Origin: an uncultured delta proteobacterium | GTDB lineage: Bacteria; Desulfobacterota; Binatia; UBA9968 | Direction of reading: 5' to 3' | NCBI GenBank assembly: GCA_963847445.1 | Contig: CAWJZV010000048.1 | Location: 224,001 to 288,000 of the forward strand | DNA: 64,000 nt | Shown: positions 29,238 through 39,795 of the stretch, piece after piece | Numbering within the stretch: position 1 is the first letter of the stretch | How the letters are laid out: each line of letters starts with the position of its first letter | The notes under the pieces: model-generated | What the model was told of the DNA's origin: nothing | The model's input: the letters and a program-made list of their open reading frames with translations, nothing else | Databases searched by the model: none | Translations under genes and position numbers: made by a program

Positions 29238-30167
29238 TCACGGCGCCGGCTTGGCGATCCGAACCCTGACGCTGAGCGGCCTTTGTTCGACGACCTCGAT
29301 ACCCGCCGGCAATTTGATTACTGGAGCCAGACTATGTTCGCCTGGGGCCAACCCCGTCAAACTCAAAGTAACCGTGTCTGCATTCAATTGTAGCTTGTCG
29401 ACGATACTTTTGGCACCGGCGACGCGTAAAAAAACCGTCCTCGGCGAAAACGTGAACAGCCCTTTATATCCCTGCGTGTTGATCTCGACCTGGGCGAAGT
29501 CGCGGCTGGCCTGCTCTTCTTCGAGGGCAACGGCAATCTCCACCTGGTCGGGCGAGAAGGTAAGCGGTTTGCCATCGGTCGCCAGCCGCACTTGACGCTT
29601 GGGGACACCGCGGGTCTCGTGCAGATCCACCGGCACGGTTTCCACCGCCGTGAGGCGGCGCACTTCTTCCGCCGGCCCCTGCACGGTCACCCGTGCCGGC
29701 TGCACCGTGGTTTGGGCGACGCGGAACCCCGCCGCGGGCTTGCCCGATAAGCGCACCGAAACCGGCAGGGTCAGCTTGATCACCGGCTCCATGCGCAGAT
29801 GGACCACCGGCGGGGTAATGCGCGCCACCGTCACGCCGCGCGGGATATTGAACAAACTGCCACCCAAAGGATAGCTGAGCGACCCAGGCTTGGCGCTGGT
29901 GAGATCGAGCGACAGTTTCATTTCATCGGCATCGATGGTCGAAACCAACGTGCGCGGTCCGGTGACGCGCAAGGCCACGAAATCGACACGATTATCCATC
30001 ACCATGAGATCGCCGGGAATATTGCGAAACTCCACCGGCACTTCGATGGAGCGCTCGATATCGCGGTGGCCGGCGAGCCAAAGCCCCACGGCGATGGTCA
30101 AGGCCAGCGCCTTGAGGCCGAAGTTGCTGCCGGCCAGCGCGACGATCTTTTCCCAGAGCTGTTTCAT
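29238..30167 (-). CDS. cdaR: CdaR/YbbR family protein
   Basis: N-terminal TM then YbbR-like repeats; located between cdaA and glmM with ATGA overlap. Confidence 0.87.
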   Translation of the reverse strand: MKQLWEKIVALAGSNFGLKALALTIAVGLWLAGHRDIERSIEVPVEFRNIPGDLMVMDNRVDFVALRVTGPRTLVSTIDADEMKLSLDLTSAKPGSLSYPLGGSLFNIPRGVTVARITPPVVHLRMEPVIKLTLPVSVRLSGKPAAGFRVAQTTVQPARVTVQGPAEEVRRLTAVETVPVDLHETRGVPKRQVRLATDGKPLTFSPDQVEIAVALEEEQASRDFAQVEINTQGYKGLFTFSPRTVFLRVAGAKSIVDKLQLNADTVTLSLTGLAPGEHSLAPVIKLPAGIEVVEQRPLSVRVRIAKPAP

Positions 30168-30922
30168 GACTTGATCAAATCCCGCAACGCTGAACGCAGC
30201 CTGGTGCCATCGATATTTTCGGTGACATTGCCGCCGACCACCAGCGCCACGGTGCCTTCCTGCTCCGACACCACGACCGCGACGGCATCGGTCTCCTCGG
30301 TGACGCCAAGGGCGGCACGATGGCGCGTGCCCCAGGATTTACGCAGGTGCGGATTGGTGCTGAGCGGCAGCAAACAGCGCACCGCGGTCACCCGGTTTTT
30401 TTGAATCACCAGGGCGCCGTCATGAATCGGCGAATGGGGCAGAAAGACGCTTTCCAACAGCTCACGGCTGACCCAAGCATCGAGCCGCGTGCCGATCTCC
30501 ATGAATTCGCTCAAGCCGACATCCCGTTGAAAGACCACCAAAGCGCCGACACGCTTGCTGGCGAGGGATAACGCCGCCTGGGCGACCTCTTCGATGACAT
30601 CTTCGTGGCGCTGCTGGGAACGCTCCAGCGTCGCGAACAACGGCGCGGTGCCGACCTGGGTGAGCGCGCGGCGAATGTCGCTCTGAAAGATCACGATGAT
30701 CACCAAGATGATCGAACTCAGGAAGTTATCGAGGATCCAGTTGAGCGTGAACAACCCGAGAATGCGGGATGACACGTAGGCGACCAAAATGACCGCCAAG
30801 CCGATAATCATTTGCATCGCCCGGCTGCCGCGCACGATCTGCAGCGCCCGGTAGACCAGGAAAGTGATGATGCCGATATCGAGCAGGTCTTGCCAGCGGA
30901 TTTGGTGCAGCAGCTCTAGCAT
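30164..30922 (-). CDS. cdaA: Diadenylate cyclase CdaA
   Basis: Three TMs, FQSDIRRAL, HDGA and TRHRAA motifs, VSEQEG; start MLELLHQIRWQD. Confidence 0.95.
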   Translation of the reverse strand: MLELLHQIRWQDLLDIGIITFLVYRALQIVRGSRAMQMIIGLAVILVAYVSSRILGLFTLNWILDNFLSSIILVIIVIFQSDIRRALTQVGTAPLFATLERSQQRHEDVIEEVAQAALSLASKRVGALVVFQRDVGLSEFMEIGTRLDAWVSRELLESVFLPHSPIHDGALVIQKNRVTAVRCLLPLSTNPHLRKSWGTRHRAALGVTEETDAVAVVVSEQEGTVALVVGGNVTENIDGTRLRSALRDLIKS

Positions 30923-30933
30923 TCGCGCCTCGG

Positions 30934-31872
30934 CTACTGGTGAAAACCGAATCGCAGCGCGTCGGCAACCCGTACCGCCCGGCAAGTTGCCGCGACATCG
31001 TGGACGCGGATGATATTGGCGCCGCCGAGCACCGCCGCCACCGCGGCGGCCAGACTGCCTTCGAGCCGCTGGTCCGGCTCGAGACCGAGAATCCTGCCGA
31101 TAAAAGCCTTGCGCGAGACGCCCACCAGCAACGGCTGCCCGAGGGCGGCGAGCATCGACAGGCCGCGCAGTAGTTGAAGGTTGTGCTCGACGGTCTTGCC
31201 GAAACCGATACCAGGATCGAGCACGATCGCCTCGGCATCGACACCGGCATCCATGGCGTCGTAGAGCCGCTCGGCGAGAAAGTCTCGCACCTCGCGCACG
31301 ACATCGCCATACTGAGGATCGATCTGCATGGTTCGCGGCGTGCCCTGCATGTGCATCAAAATCACCGGGACCTTTTCGCTGGCAACCAACTGCGCCATCG
31401 CCGGATCGAAACTCAGGGCGCTGATGTCGTTGACCATGTCGGCGCCGGCATCGAGAGCGGCGCGGGCCACCGGCGCTTTGTAACTATCGATGGAGATCGG
31501 CAGCGCGCACTGCCGGCGCAAACCTTGGATCACCGGAAGCACGCGGGCCAGCTCGTCGGCTTGCGCCACCGGCGCGGCGGCGGGGCGCGAAGACTCGCCG
31601 CCGATGTCGATAATGTCGGCGCCGGCTTGCGCCATCGCCAAACCATCGGCAATCGCCCGGCCGGTGTCGAAGTGACGGCCACCGTCAAAGAAGGAATCCG
31701 GCGTGACGTTGAGCACCGCCATCACCGCGGTGCGGCGCGCGAAATCGATCCGGCCATGGCGCATTTTCAGCTCGCGGCTGCCATCCGATGCCATCGGCAC
31801 CAACGGATTGAAGGTGCCCACGGTCCGGTTCAAATCTGGCGGATTGCTTTGGGACATCGCTGGAACCGACAT
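30934..31872 (-). CDS. folP: Dihydropteroate synthase
   Basis: LNVTPDSFFDGG, DIGGESSRP, NDIS, DPGIGFGK, SRK, RVHDV. Confidence 0.96.
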   Translation of the reverse strand: MSVPAMSQSNPPDLNRTVGTFNPLVPMASDGSRELKMRHGRIDFARRTAVMAVLNVTPDSFFDGGRHFDTGRAIADGLAMAQAGADIIDIGGESSRPAAAPVAQADELARVLPVIQGLRRQCALPISIDSYKAPVARAALDAGADMVNDISALSFDPAMAQLVASEKVPVILMHMQGTPRTMQIDPQYGDVVREVRDFLAERLYDAMDAGVDAEAIVLDPGIGFGKTVEHNLQLLRGLSMLAALGQPLLVGVSRKAFIGRILGLEPDQRLEGSLAAAVAAVLGGANIIRVHDVAATCRAVRVADALRFGFHQ

Positions 31873-32014
31873 GTAAAATAAATAGCAGCCAGAGGCAAGT
31901 TAATGCCGCAATCAATAAACAGTTACGCCGGCTCGGTCGATTGCCGACGCCGGCGTATCGCAGCTAATTGGGCAGGTGGAGTTGGGAAACCGCAGCTCCC
32001 CGGAATGAACCTAA

Positions 32015-33847
32015 CTAAGCGACTGCCGCCGACGGCGTATACGGAGCCCCACCACTGCCGCCGAATTCGCGCACGATGGCGTCGATTTCGGAACCGTCGA
32101 GCACCTCTTTTTCGAGCAAAGACTCGGCGACTTTATGGAGCAGCCGGATATTCGTCCGCAAGAGATCTTTCGCCTTATGATAACTTTCCTGGATGATGCG
32201 TCGCACTTCAGAATCGATTTCGATGGCGGTGCTCTCTGAATAATCGACTTTTTGCGTGAAGTCACGCCCCAAGAAAATCTCTTCCTCTTTCTTGCCGAAG
32301 GTCATCGGACCGAGCTTCTCGCTCATGCCCCATTCGCAGACCATGCGGTGCGCCAAATCGGTGGCTTTCTCGATATCGTTTCCCGCGCCGGTGGTGGTAT
32401 GATCGAGTATCAGCTCCTCGGCGACCCGGCCGCCGAAAAGAATCACCAGGTTATTGAGCAGGTATTCCTTGCCGTAAGTATGTTTCTCGTCGATCGGCAA
32501 CTGTTGGGTCAACCCGAGCGCCATGCCGCGCGGAATGATGGTCACCTTGTGAATCGGATCGGCGCCCGGTAGCAGCTTGGCGACCAGCGCATGGCCCGCT
32601 TCGTGGTAAGCGGTATTGCGCTTCTCCTCATCGCTGATGATCATGCTGCGCCGCTCGGCGCCCATCATGACCTTGTCCTTAGCCAGCTCAAAATCACCCA
32701 TGTCGACTTTTTCTTTGTCGTTGCGCGCCGCCAACAGGGCCGCTTCATTGACCAGATTTTCCAAGTCAGCGCCGGCGAAGCCTGGAGTGGCCCGGGCCAA
32801 AACGCCGACATCGACGTCCACGCCCAACGGCACCTTCTTGGTGTGCACCTGGAGAATTCCTTCCCGACCTTTGACGTCAGGCCGAGGCACGACCACGCGC
32901 CGGTCGAAACGGCCCGGCCGGAGCAAGGCGGGATCGAGAACATCGGGCCGGTTGGTGGCAGCGATGAGAATGACCCCTTCGTTAGTCTCGAAGCCGTCCA
33001 TCTCAACCAGAAGCTGGTTGAGGGTCTGTTCGCGCTCATCATGACCGCCGCCGAGGCCGGCGCCGCGATGGCGCCCGACCGCGTCGATCTCGTCGATGAA
33101 AATGATGCAGGGGGCGTTTTTCTTGCCTTGAACGAACAGATCGCGCACCCGGGAAGCACCGACGCCGACGAACATCTCGACGAAGTCCGAGCCGCTGATG
33201 CTGAAAAACGGCACACCGGCTTCGCCGGCGATGGCCCGCGCCATCAAGGTCTTGCCGGTGCCCGGAGGGCCCACGAGCAAGCAGCCCTTGGGGATGCGGC
33301 CACCGAGTTTGGTAAATTTCTTCGGGTCCTTTAGGAAAGCGATGATCTCCTGAAGATCGTCTTTCGCTTCATCGGCGCCGGCGACATCGGCGAAAGTTAC
33401 TTTATGCTGGTTCTCGGTGAGCAGCTTGGCGCGGCTCTTGCCGAAAGACATCGCCTTGCCGCCGCCGACTTGCATTTGGCGCATGAAAAACACCCACACG
33501 CCGATCAGCAACAGCATCGGGAACCAGTTGAGGAGAAAAACCATGTACCAAGGCGAATCGTCCTCGGGCTTGGCGGCGATCTTAACTTTCTTATCGCGCA
33601 ACGACTTCACCAGATCCGGATCGGTCGGCGCAAAGGTGCGAAAGCGTTCGCCGTTCTTGTATTTACCTTGAATATTGTGGCCTTGAATCACGACTTCCTG
33701 GATATCGCCGCGGTCCACGGCACTCATGAAGTCGCTAAATACGATCTCCGGCTCGCGTCCATGCTGCTTGCTAAACACGCTGAAGATCACCAAGAAGACC
33801 AGCGCTAGCACCAGCCATAGAGCGATGTGTTTATGTGATTGGCTCAA
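32015..33847 (-). CDS. ftsH: ATP-dependent zinc metalloprotease FtsH
   Basis: Two TMs, [27 protein letters not shown]; TTG start. Confidence 0.98.
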   Translation of the reverse strand: MSQSHKHIALWLVLALVFLVIFSVFSKQHGREPEIVFSDFMSAVDRGDIQEVVIQGHNIQGKYKNGERFRTFAPTDPDLVKSLRDKKVKIAAKPEDDSPWYMVFLLNWFPMLLLIGVWVFFMRQMQVGGGKAMSFGKSRAKLLTENQHKVTFADVAGADEAKDDLQEIIAFLKDPKKFTKLGGRIPKGCLLVGPPGTGKTLMARAIAGEAGVPFFSISGSDFVEMFVGVGASRVRDLFVQGKKNAPCIIFIDEIDAVGRHRGAGLGGGHDEREQTLNQLLVEMDGFETNEGVILIAATNRPDVLDPALLRPGRFDRRVVVPRPDVKGREGILQVHTKKVPLGVDVDVGVLARATPGFAGADLENLVNEAALLAARNDKEKVDMGDFELAKDKVMMGAERRSMIISDEEKRNTAYHEAGHALVAKLLPGADPIHKVTIIPRGMALGLTQQLPIDEKHTYGKEYLLNNLVILFGGRVAEELILDHTTTGAGNDIEKATDLAHRMVCEWGMSEKLGPMTFGKKEEEIFLGRDFTQKVDYSESTAIEIDSEVRRIIQESYHKAKDLLRTNIRLLHKVAESLLEKEVLDGSEIDAIVREFGGSGGAPYTPSAAVA

Positions 33848-33921
33848 TCGAATTCTCCCAGATTCGCAACAAGCGAAAGTCTAACACACGCATGGTAGCC
33901 GATCAATATGAGTTCTAAGAA

Positions 33922-35351
33922 CTAAGTACCTAAAGGGACTACTCTAATTCGTAAAATGGCCCGGCTCGCCGGGGTCACCAGGGCGACCCGGCTGCGGCCA
34001 TGGCCGGGAATCCACAGAACCTGGCCAGCACCGATCAACATCGGCAACTTCGCCCGCTCCGACAGCGCGACCTTGCGATCGATAAACAGCTCCTTGACCT
34101 TCTTATGGCCATCCATGCCTAAGGGGGCAAACCGATCGCCGTTGCGAAAGTTGCGCACGGTCAAGGGTTGCGGCAGCTCATCGGCGTCGAACAGCGCTTC
34201 CATCGAACTGGTCGGTTGAACCTCCACAGGCGGCACCAACGGTTCCAGAAGGAAGCCGACAGCGGCTTCCGGGATCGATAGCGGTTCGCAGAGCGTCACA
34301 GGATAGAGATAACAAATCGGTTGCCGCTGTCGAGCCCCCTGCACCAAGCGCAGCAAATCATACTCCCGGCGCAACTCCCAACCGCCGGGGATCGCTAGTC
34401 GCCCTTGCGCCGGACCGGCGGCAGCCAAACCGCACAAGGCCTCGACATGCGCGAATTCGATACCGCGCAAGTTGCCGCGCACCTCTTCGATCCAGCGCCG
34501 CAGCATCAGCCGCTGTAGAGCGACCGGGTTGGTGCAGCAGAATACCCCGGTCCAGCCCATCGCCACGCCGGCATTTCTCCAACCCGGCCTGGGCGACCTG
34601 TTCGAGCACCGCCTGTTCGTCGCGCAACATCGCCGCCTGCTCCGCCAGCCGCGCGGCGATGCGCCCATCGATGCGCTCGCGCAACTGCGGCAACAGCTCC
34701 AGACGAATCCAGTTGCGTAGGAGCCTGGTGTCGCGATTGGTCGCATCGTTGCGGTAATCAATTTGCCGTTGGCGAAGAAATTCCAGAATTTCCGCCTTGG
34801 ACGTTTCTAGGAACGGTCGAACGATCGCGCACCCATGAGCCAAATCAGCGCCGCTTGAATGCAGTGTTTGCGCTGGACTCATCCCGCCCAACCCCTTCCG
34901 CCCTGCACCGCGCAGCAACCACATCAACATGGTCTCGGCTTGATCGTCCTGAGTATGCGCCGTGGCGATCTTGATTGAGCCCCCGGCGCCGGGCGATCTG
35001 AGCGAAAAATTGGTAGCGCTGCTGCCGCGCCAATGCTTCCAGATTGCCTTTGCCGGCCCGAGAGCGCAGCCCGGGCAAGTCGATTTCCTTCATATGAAAT
35101 GGCAGCCCGAGCTTGCCAGCCAAGGCCGCGACAAACCGCGCATCCTCCTGCGCCTCTTCCCCACGAATCCCATGTTGCAAATGCGCCGCTTCGAGATGCA
35201 GTCCCAACTCGTCGCGCAACTCGTGCAGCACATGTAATAACGCCACCGAATCCGGCCCGCCGGAAACGGCGACGAGGACGCGGTCGCCGGGAACTAACAC
35301 TGGGTGAGTTTGGGAAAAATTGCTAGTCCGTCGTGCAAAATCAGAAATCAT
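33922..35351 (-). CDS. tilS: tRNA(Ile)-lysidine synthetase (frameshifted)
   Basis: SGGPDS PP-loop, HGIRG, IVRPFL, RNWIR, C-terminal KKVKELFIDRKV; three frames; upstream of ftsH. Confidence 0.92.
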
Positions 35352-35483
35352 GGAAGACTAATATTCGTTATCCTCGGAGATTTGATAGGGCATCCATAAC
35401 GCCGATGACCGTCAACATCAACATTGACTCCGAAACCTATGATAAATACCAAAAGGTAAGAATTTATTACCAAGGTGTAAACA

Positions 35484-35753
35484 ATGACCATTGTCAAAGG
35501 TGCGGAAAAGGGGCAACTCACACTGCCGATAGACTTGCGGCGAAGACTTAGGATCGGCAAAGACGACTATCTCTCGGTGGAAGCGGAAGGCGAAGTCCTA
35601 AAACTTCGCAAGGTCGGAGCGCGCAGACTTCTCGGTTCAAACGATCCGATCTGGGACTTTGTTGGAAAAGGCTCAAGGGGAACTCAGGATGGGTCCACCG
35701 ATCATGACCGCCACATTTCGGAAGGAGCGCGCAGACGGTGGCTCAAGCGCTAA
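35484..35753 (+). CDS. AbrB/MazE-type antitoxin (VapB-like)
   Basis: KGQLTLPIDLRRRLRI swapped-hairpin motif; overlaps the PIN gene. Confidence 0.8.
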   Translation: MTIVKGAEKGQLTLPIDLRRRLRIGKDDYLSVEAEGEVLKLRKVGARRLLGSNDPIWDFVGKGSRGTQDGSTDHDRHISEGARRRWLKR

Positions 35754-36134
35754 CTGACACCAGCGCGATTTACGCTTTGATCGATCGAGACGATGCTCAA
35801 CCACCGCAGAGCGACCGCGATCCTGCGCGCGTCCGTGCGCCAGGGCGTCACCCCGTTGATCACGAATTTCATAGTCGCAGAGTCTCATGCCCTACTTTTA
35901 TCGCGTTTGGGCGCCAGTATCGCACGAGATTGGCTAACCAAACAGATCTGGCCCATCGAACCCGTGACTTCGGCGGATGAAAAAAAGGCCAAAGAGATCA
36001 TTCAGCGCTACACTGACAAAGAATTCTCATACACAGATGCGACAAGCTTCTCGGTTATGGAGAGACTCGGTATCACCTCGGCTTTCGCATTCGATATCCA
36101 GTTCAAACAATACGGGCTCAAGCTTCTCACCTAG
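35738..36134 (+). CDS. PIN-domain toxin (VapC-like; frameshift near 35797)
   Basis: DTSAIYAL, NFIVAES, SYTDATSF, AFDIQF acidic PIN residues. Confidence 0.85.
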
Positions 36135-36208
36135 ACAACCGACGACGAGCTGTTACTTCCCTCCCGAAGGGGCTAAAGGTTTAAAGGCTAGATCAGGCAG
36201 AGCCCCAG

Positions 36209-37357
36209 TCAGAACGTCAACTTTCCCGCGTACCCGGTCATCTCGACATAACCGTTGCCGCCGACCGGCTTGCCGCGGACGATGCCGCGAATCTGCGCCG
36301 CACCTTCCCAATAGGTCACGCGCGTGCTGCGATGGGTGATCAGTTCCTGCTCAGGAAATGCCGGCGCGATCTCCAGCTCGATCGCTTCCGAGGGAACCGT
36401 CACCTTCCACTTGATTGGATAAGTGGCACCGCTTGTCGGGCTCTTCCAGCGTTGGAGCGCCTCGATGCGGTAATCATTGACCGACAAGTTCTTGCTCACC
36501 CCGTCGGCACTCACCAGCGTGCCGCTGGAATAGGGGTCCGCCGAGCCGTCTTTGCGGCGCATGAGATAGAGCATCAGCTCAGTTTGATTGTCGAGCTGGA
36601 TGCTGAACCAATCCCAGCCGACCTGGTCGTCGCGTAGTTGATTGCTGCCGAACTCGTGGTCCATCCAGGTGAAGCCGCGGACTTTTTCACTTTTCCCGTC
36701 GATGGTCAGCTCGCCGTCGGTGTGCATGCGCGTGAGCGAATAGTAGTAGGACGCCCGCCCCGCGCCTTCGCCCTTCTGGCTCAAGCCGTTTTGGCCATGG
36801 AGCACGGGTGCTTTCATCGAGCGAAGGCCGAGGCGCAACTGCGTGCCACGGTCGTTGACTTGAATGACGTGATTTTTCTCATCGCCGTCAACTTTCCAGT
36901 CCTCGTTCCAGACATGGAAGCGATCGGTCGCCGCGCCGGCTTTGCCGGCAATGCCTCGATTGATGCGTTCGCGGAAAGTAAACTTCTTGGCGCCAATGTC
37001 CGACAGCGCGAAATGCGCCATGTAAAGCTCGCTGAAGAGCGGCGCTTCTTTACTGTCTTTCTGGCGGTCGCGCAGGCCGAAGCGAAAAAACGTCACCTGG
37101 TAGCCGTAGCGTTTGCCGCTTTGGCTTTCTAAGTGGCCGGTGTAGTACCACCACTCGGTTTTGAAATCGGGGTGGGAAAAGTGATCGGCCGGAAAAATCA
37201 ACTTTCGCCCGGGCAAGGCGAGCTGGTAGGTGAACCCGGTAGTGAGTATACATACAGCGATCAGAGCAACGACGAGCGAGCATGACGCACCCACACCCTT
37301 CCCTCTCCGCTCAAGGGAGAGGGTTGAAGAAAGCGCCCGCGCCGTCGGTGACACCAT
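36209..37357 (-). CDS. AttH / lipocalin-like (CrtC-like) secreted protein
   Basis: FPADHFSHPDFKTEWWYYTG, YYYSLTR, WMDHEF, GWDWF, YWEG, GYVEMTGY; probable start 37357. Confidence 0.88.
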   Translation of the reverse strand: MVSPTARALSSTLSLERRGKGVGASCSLVVALIAVCILTTGFTYQLALPGRKLIFPADHFSHPDFKTEWWYYTGHLESQSGKRYGYQVTFFRFGLRDRQKDSKEAPLFSELYMAHFALSDIGAKKFTFRERINRGIAGKAGAATDRFHVWNEDWKVDGDEKNHVIQVNDRGTQLRLGLRSMKAPVLHGQNGLSQKGEGAGRASYYYSLTRMHTDGELTIDGKSEKVRGFTWMDHEFGSNQLRDDQVGWDWFSIQLDNQTELMLYLMRRKDGSADPYSSGTLVSADGVSKNLSVNDYRIEALQRWKSPTSGATYPIKWKVTVPSEAIELEIAPAFPEQELITHRSTRVTYWEGAAQIRGIVRGKPVGGNGYVEMTGYAGKLTF

Positions 37358-37420
37358 GCGAATTTTTTTTTCCTGTTGGCAGAATTGCAGGGCCATTTCG
37401 ACTAGTGTTATAGGGAGCCT

Positions 37421-38251
37421 ATGGAAAAGCAATACAGCCGCGACGCCTTGCTCATCACCGTCTCTGACTTGCAGAAAAAACTCGGCTCGCCGAATCTGTG
37501 CATCATCGACACCCGGCCAGCGGAAGATTTTGCCCAGGGCCATATCCCCGGCGCGACTCATTTCGATCTCTTCGGCCTGAGTCTGGTCGACACCAGCGAC
37601 GCCCCGCTCAGAGCTTTCATGTTCATGATCCACCATGTACTCGAACTGCGCGGTGTCAGCGAGACCAAAGAAGTCGTCTTCTACGAAGGCAACTCAGGAA
37701 TGCGCGCGGCGCGCGGCGTTTGGTTCTTGGAGTACTTCGGCCATGCCGACGTCAAAATGCTCGACGGCGGCATGCAGGCATGGCTAGCCTCCGGCGCGCC
37801 GGTGACGACCGACGGAACGGTGCCCAAAGCCGCAGCGTTCAAAACCGCCGAACGGCGCGAAGTTTTGGCTACCGCGGACGACGTGCTGCGCGCTTTCGAC
37901 CGGAAAGACACGATCATTCTCGACACCCGCAGCGAAGGCGAACACTTCGGCACCATGATTCGCTCGGCGCGCGGCGGCGCGATCCCGCATTCCATCCACA
38001 TCGAATGGACCGACAACCTCGATGCCGCCGGCAAGTTCAAACCGAACGAAGAGCTGAAAGCGATGTACGACCGCGCCGGCGTCACGCCGGACAAAGAAAT
38101 CTATTCCTACTGCCAGGGCGGCTATCGCGCCGCCCACAGCTACATTGCGCTGCGATTGTTGGGCTTTGCCAAAGTGCGCAACTACATCGGCTCGTGGAAG
38201 GAATGGGGTGACCGCACCGATCTGCCTTTGGAAATCCCACAGAAGAAGTAA
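37421..38251 (+). CDS. Two-domain sulfurtransferase (rhodanese, SseA-like)
   Basis: GHIPGA, LDGG, YCQGGYRA active-site loop, YIGSWKEW. Confidence 0.92.
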   Translation: MEKQYSRDALLITVSDLQKKLGSPNLCIIDTRPAEDFAQGHIPGATHFDLFGLSLVDTSDAPLRAFMFMIHHVLELRGVSETKEVVFYEGNSGMRAARGVWFLEYFGHADVKMLDGGMQAWLASGAPVTTDGTVPKAAAFKTAERREVLATADDVLRAFDRKDTIILDTRSEGEHFGTMIRSARGGAIPHSIHIEWTDNLDAAGKFKPNEELKAMYDRAGVTPDKEIYSYCQGGYRAAHSYIALRLLGFAKVRNYIGSWKEWGDRTDLPLEIPQKK

Positions 38252-38478
38252 AAAGTGAATGATTCGACCACAAAGAACACAGCGCGCGAAGCCGCAAGCA
38301 AATACAGAAGGAGTGGTCCGTCATACCGAACGTCAAATTGGCCGCAGACCAAATCGGGATTCGCGCGTGCGCGGGAATGACGCGTCAACAGACCGCCTAT
38401 GCAGGGAATCCGTCCGACATCTTCGTGTCCTTCATGCACTTCGTGGTGAGAACATCCTAACGAAAGCCCGGTATACAC

Positions 38479-39438
38479 ATGGTCATGAAACACTTTCTAT
38501 TACTAGCGTTGTTCGCTTTCACTCTACGCGGGTCCGGTCTCGCCTTCGCCGCCGACGCCCGCAAGGTCACGCTTTCCTACTCGGCGGTGAGCATGACCTG
38601 GTTTCCGGTAAAAGTTGCCGTGGAAAAAGGTTTCTTTCGTAGCGAAGGATTGGAACCACAGCTGATCCAAATGAACGGCAACGTCGCCACCATCGCGCTA
38701 GCCAACGGCCATGTCGATTTCTCGTTGAATATTTCACCGGTGCTCAACGGCGCCATGCAGGGGCTGGGCACAAAACTCGTGGCGGCGTTAAACTCAAGGC
38801 CATTCTTTTCCCTGGTGGTGCGCCCGGAAATCAACAGCGCCGCCGACTTGAAAGGTAAAGTCTTCGCCGTCAGCTCGTTCGGCAACACCCAAGCGATTCT
38901 GACGGAAAAACATTTGCAGCACCTCGGTTTGAAGAAAGGCGAATACCAGCTGCTCGCCATGGGCGCGACGCCGGCGCGGGTGGCGGCGATGGAGAAAAAT
39001 ATCGCCCAAGGCAGCCTGATGCCGCTGCCAACTAACGTGCAGATGGAAAACCGCGGCTTTCGCCTGCTCGGCAATACCGCCGAGTTCGTCACCCACCCGA
39101 TCGCCGGGCTTGGCGTCCATGAAGATAGAATCAGAAAAGATCCCGACATGATCAAGCGGGTCGTGCGCGCGACGCTGCGCAGCCTGCAACTCTTGCAGAC
39201 CAGTCCAAAAGAGACCGTCAAGATTCTCATGGATTGGACGCGCGCCAACGAGAAGGATGCGTTACGTTCGCTGGAGCTAGCCAAGCCTGGCTTCAGCAAG
39301 AATGGCTTGCTCACCGACGACGATTTGAGCATTGAATGGGGTTTCATTCAGCAGCAGACCAAGAAAACCCAGGTGCCGGTGAGCATCGCCCATGACATGG
39401 CGCTGTTGCGGGAGGTGCAACGGGAAATGGGCCTATAG
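38479..39438 (+). CDS. ABC transporter substrate-binding protein, NMT1/SsuA-like
   Basis: Signal peptide (AFA); EKGFFRSEGLE, DLKGKVFAVSSFG. Confidence 0.88.
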   Translation: MVMKHFLLLALFAFTLRGSGLAFAADARKVTLSYSAVSMTWFPVKVAVEKGFFRSEGLEPQLIQMNGNVATIALANGHVDFSLNISPVLNGAMQGLGTKLVAALNSRPFFSLVVRPEINSAADLKGKVFAVSSFGNTQAILTEKHLQHLGLKKGEYQLLAMGATPARVAAMEKNIAQGSLMPLPTNVQMENRGFRLLGNTAEFVTHPIAGLGVHEDRIRKDPDMIKRVVRATLRSLQLLQTSPKETVKILMDWTRANEKDALRSLELAKPGFSKNGLLTDDDLSIEWGFIQQQTKKTQVPVSIAHDMALLREVQREMGL

Positions 39439-39440
39439 TA

Positions 39441-39590
39441 GCAGGCTGCTGAAAAAAGATCCATATGCGTCGTTGCGCTCAATCGCCTCGCGTCAACGTA
39501 CCGCTGATGTACGCCTCGAGCCTGTCCTGAGCGCAGTCGAAGGATCGATTTTTCGCGCGCCTTGCCTCTGGATCTTTTTGAGCAGCCTGC
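39441..39590. mobile_element. MITE-like element with ~22-bp terminal inverted repeats
   Basis: GCAGGCTGCTGAAAAAAGATCCA ... TGGATCTTTTTGAGCAGCCTGC; 150 bp, no ORF; internal GCCTGTCCTGAGCGCAGTCGAAGG repeat. Confidence 0.75.
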
Positions 39591-39795
39591 AAGAGAAGAA
39601 TTTAAATCGCCGAACAAGCCGCCATCGTTACCGGCGCCGGCAGCGGTCTAAACTCGAATAACGGCCGCACGAAATCTTCAAGCCGTTCAACCGCATCGCT
39701 CCGTTCAATCCGTTTGAATACCAAGCCCTACGTGAGGTAAAGAAACGGCAACGTCGTTAGCAAATTTATTCGGCAATCGGCCAGGGAGATAATCT

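Noticed and set aside
27765-33847. cdaA-cdaR-glmM beside ftsH-folP as a novelty
   Set aside because: Well-known conserved arrangement.
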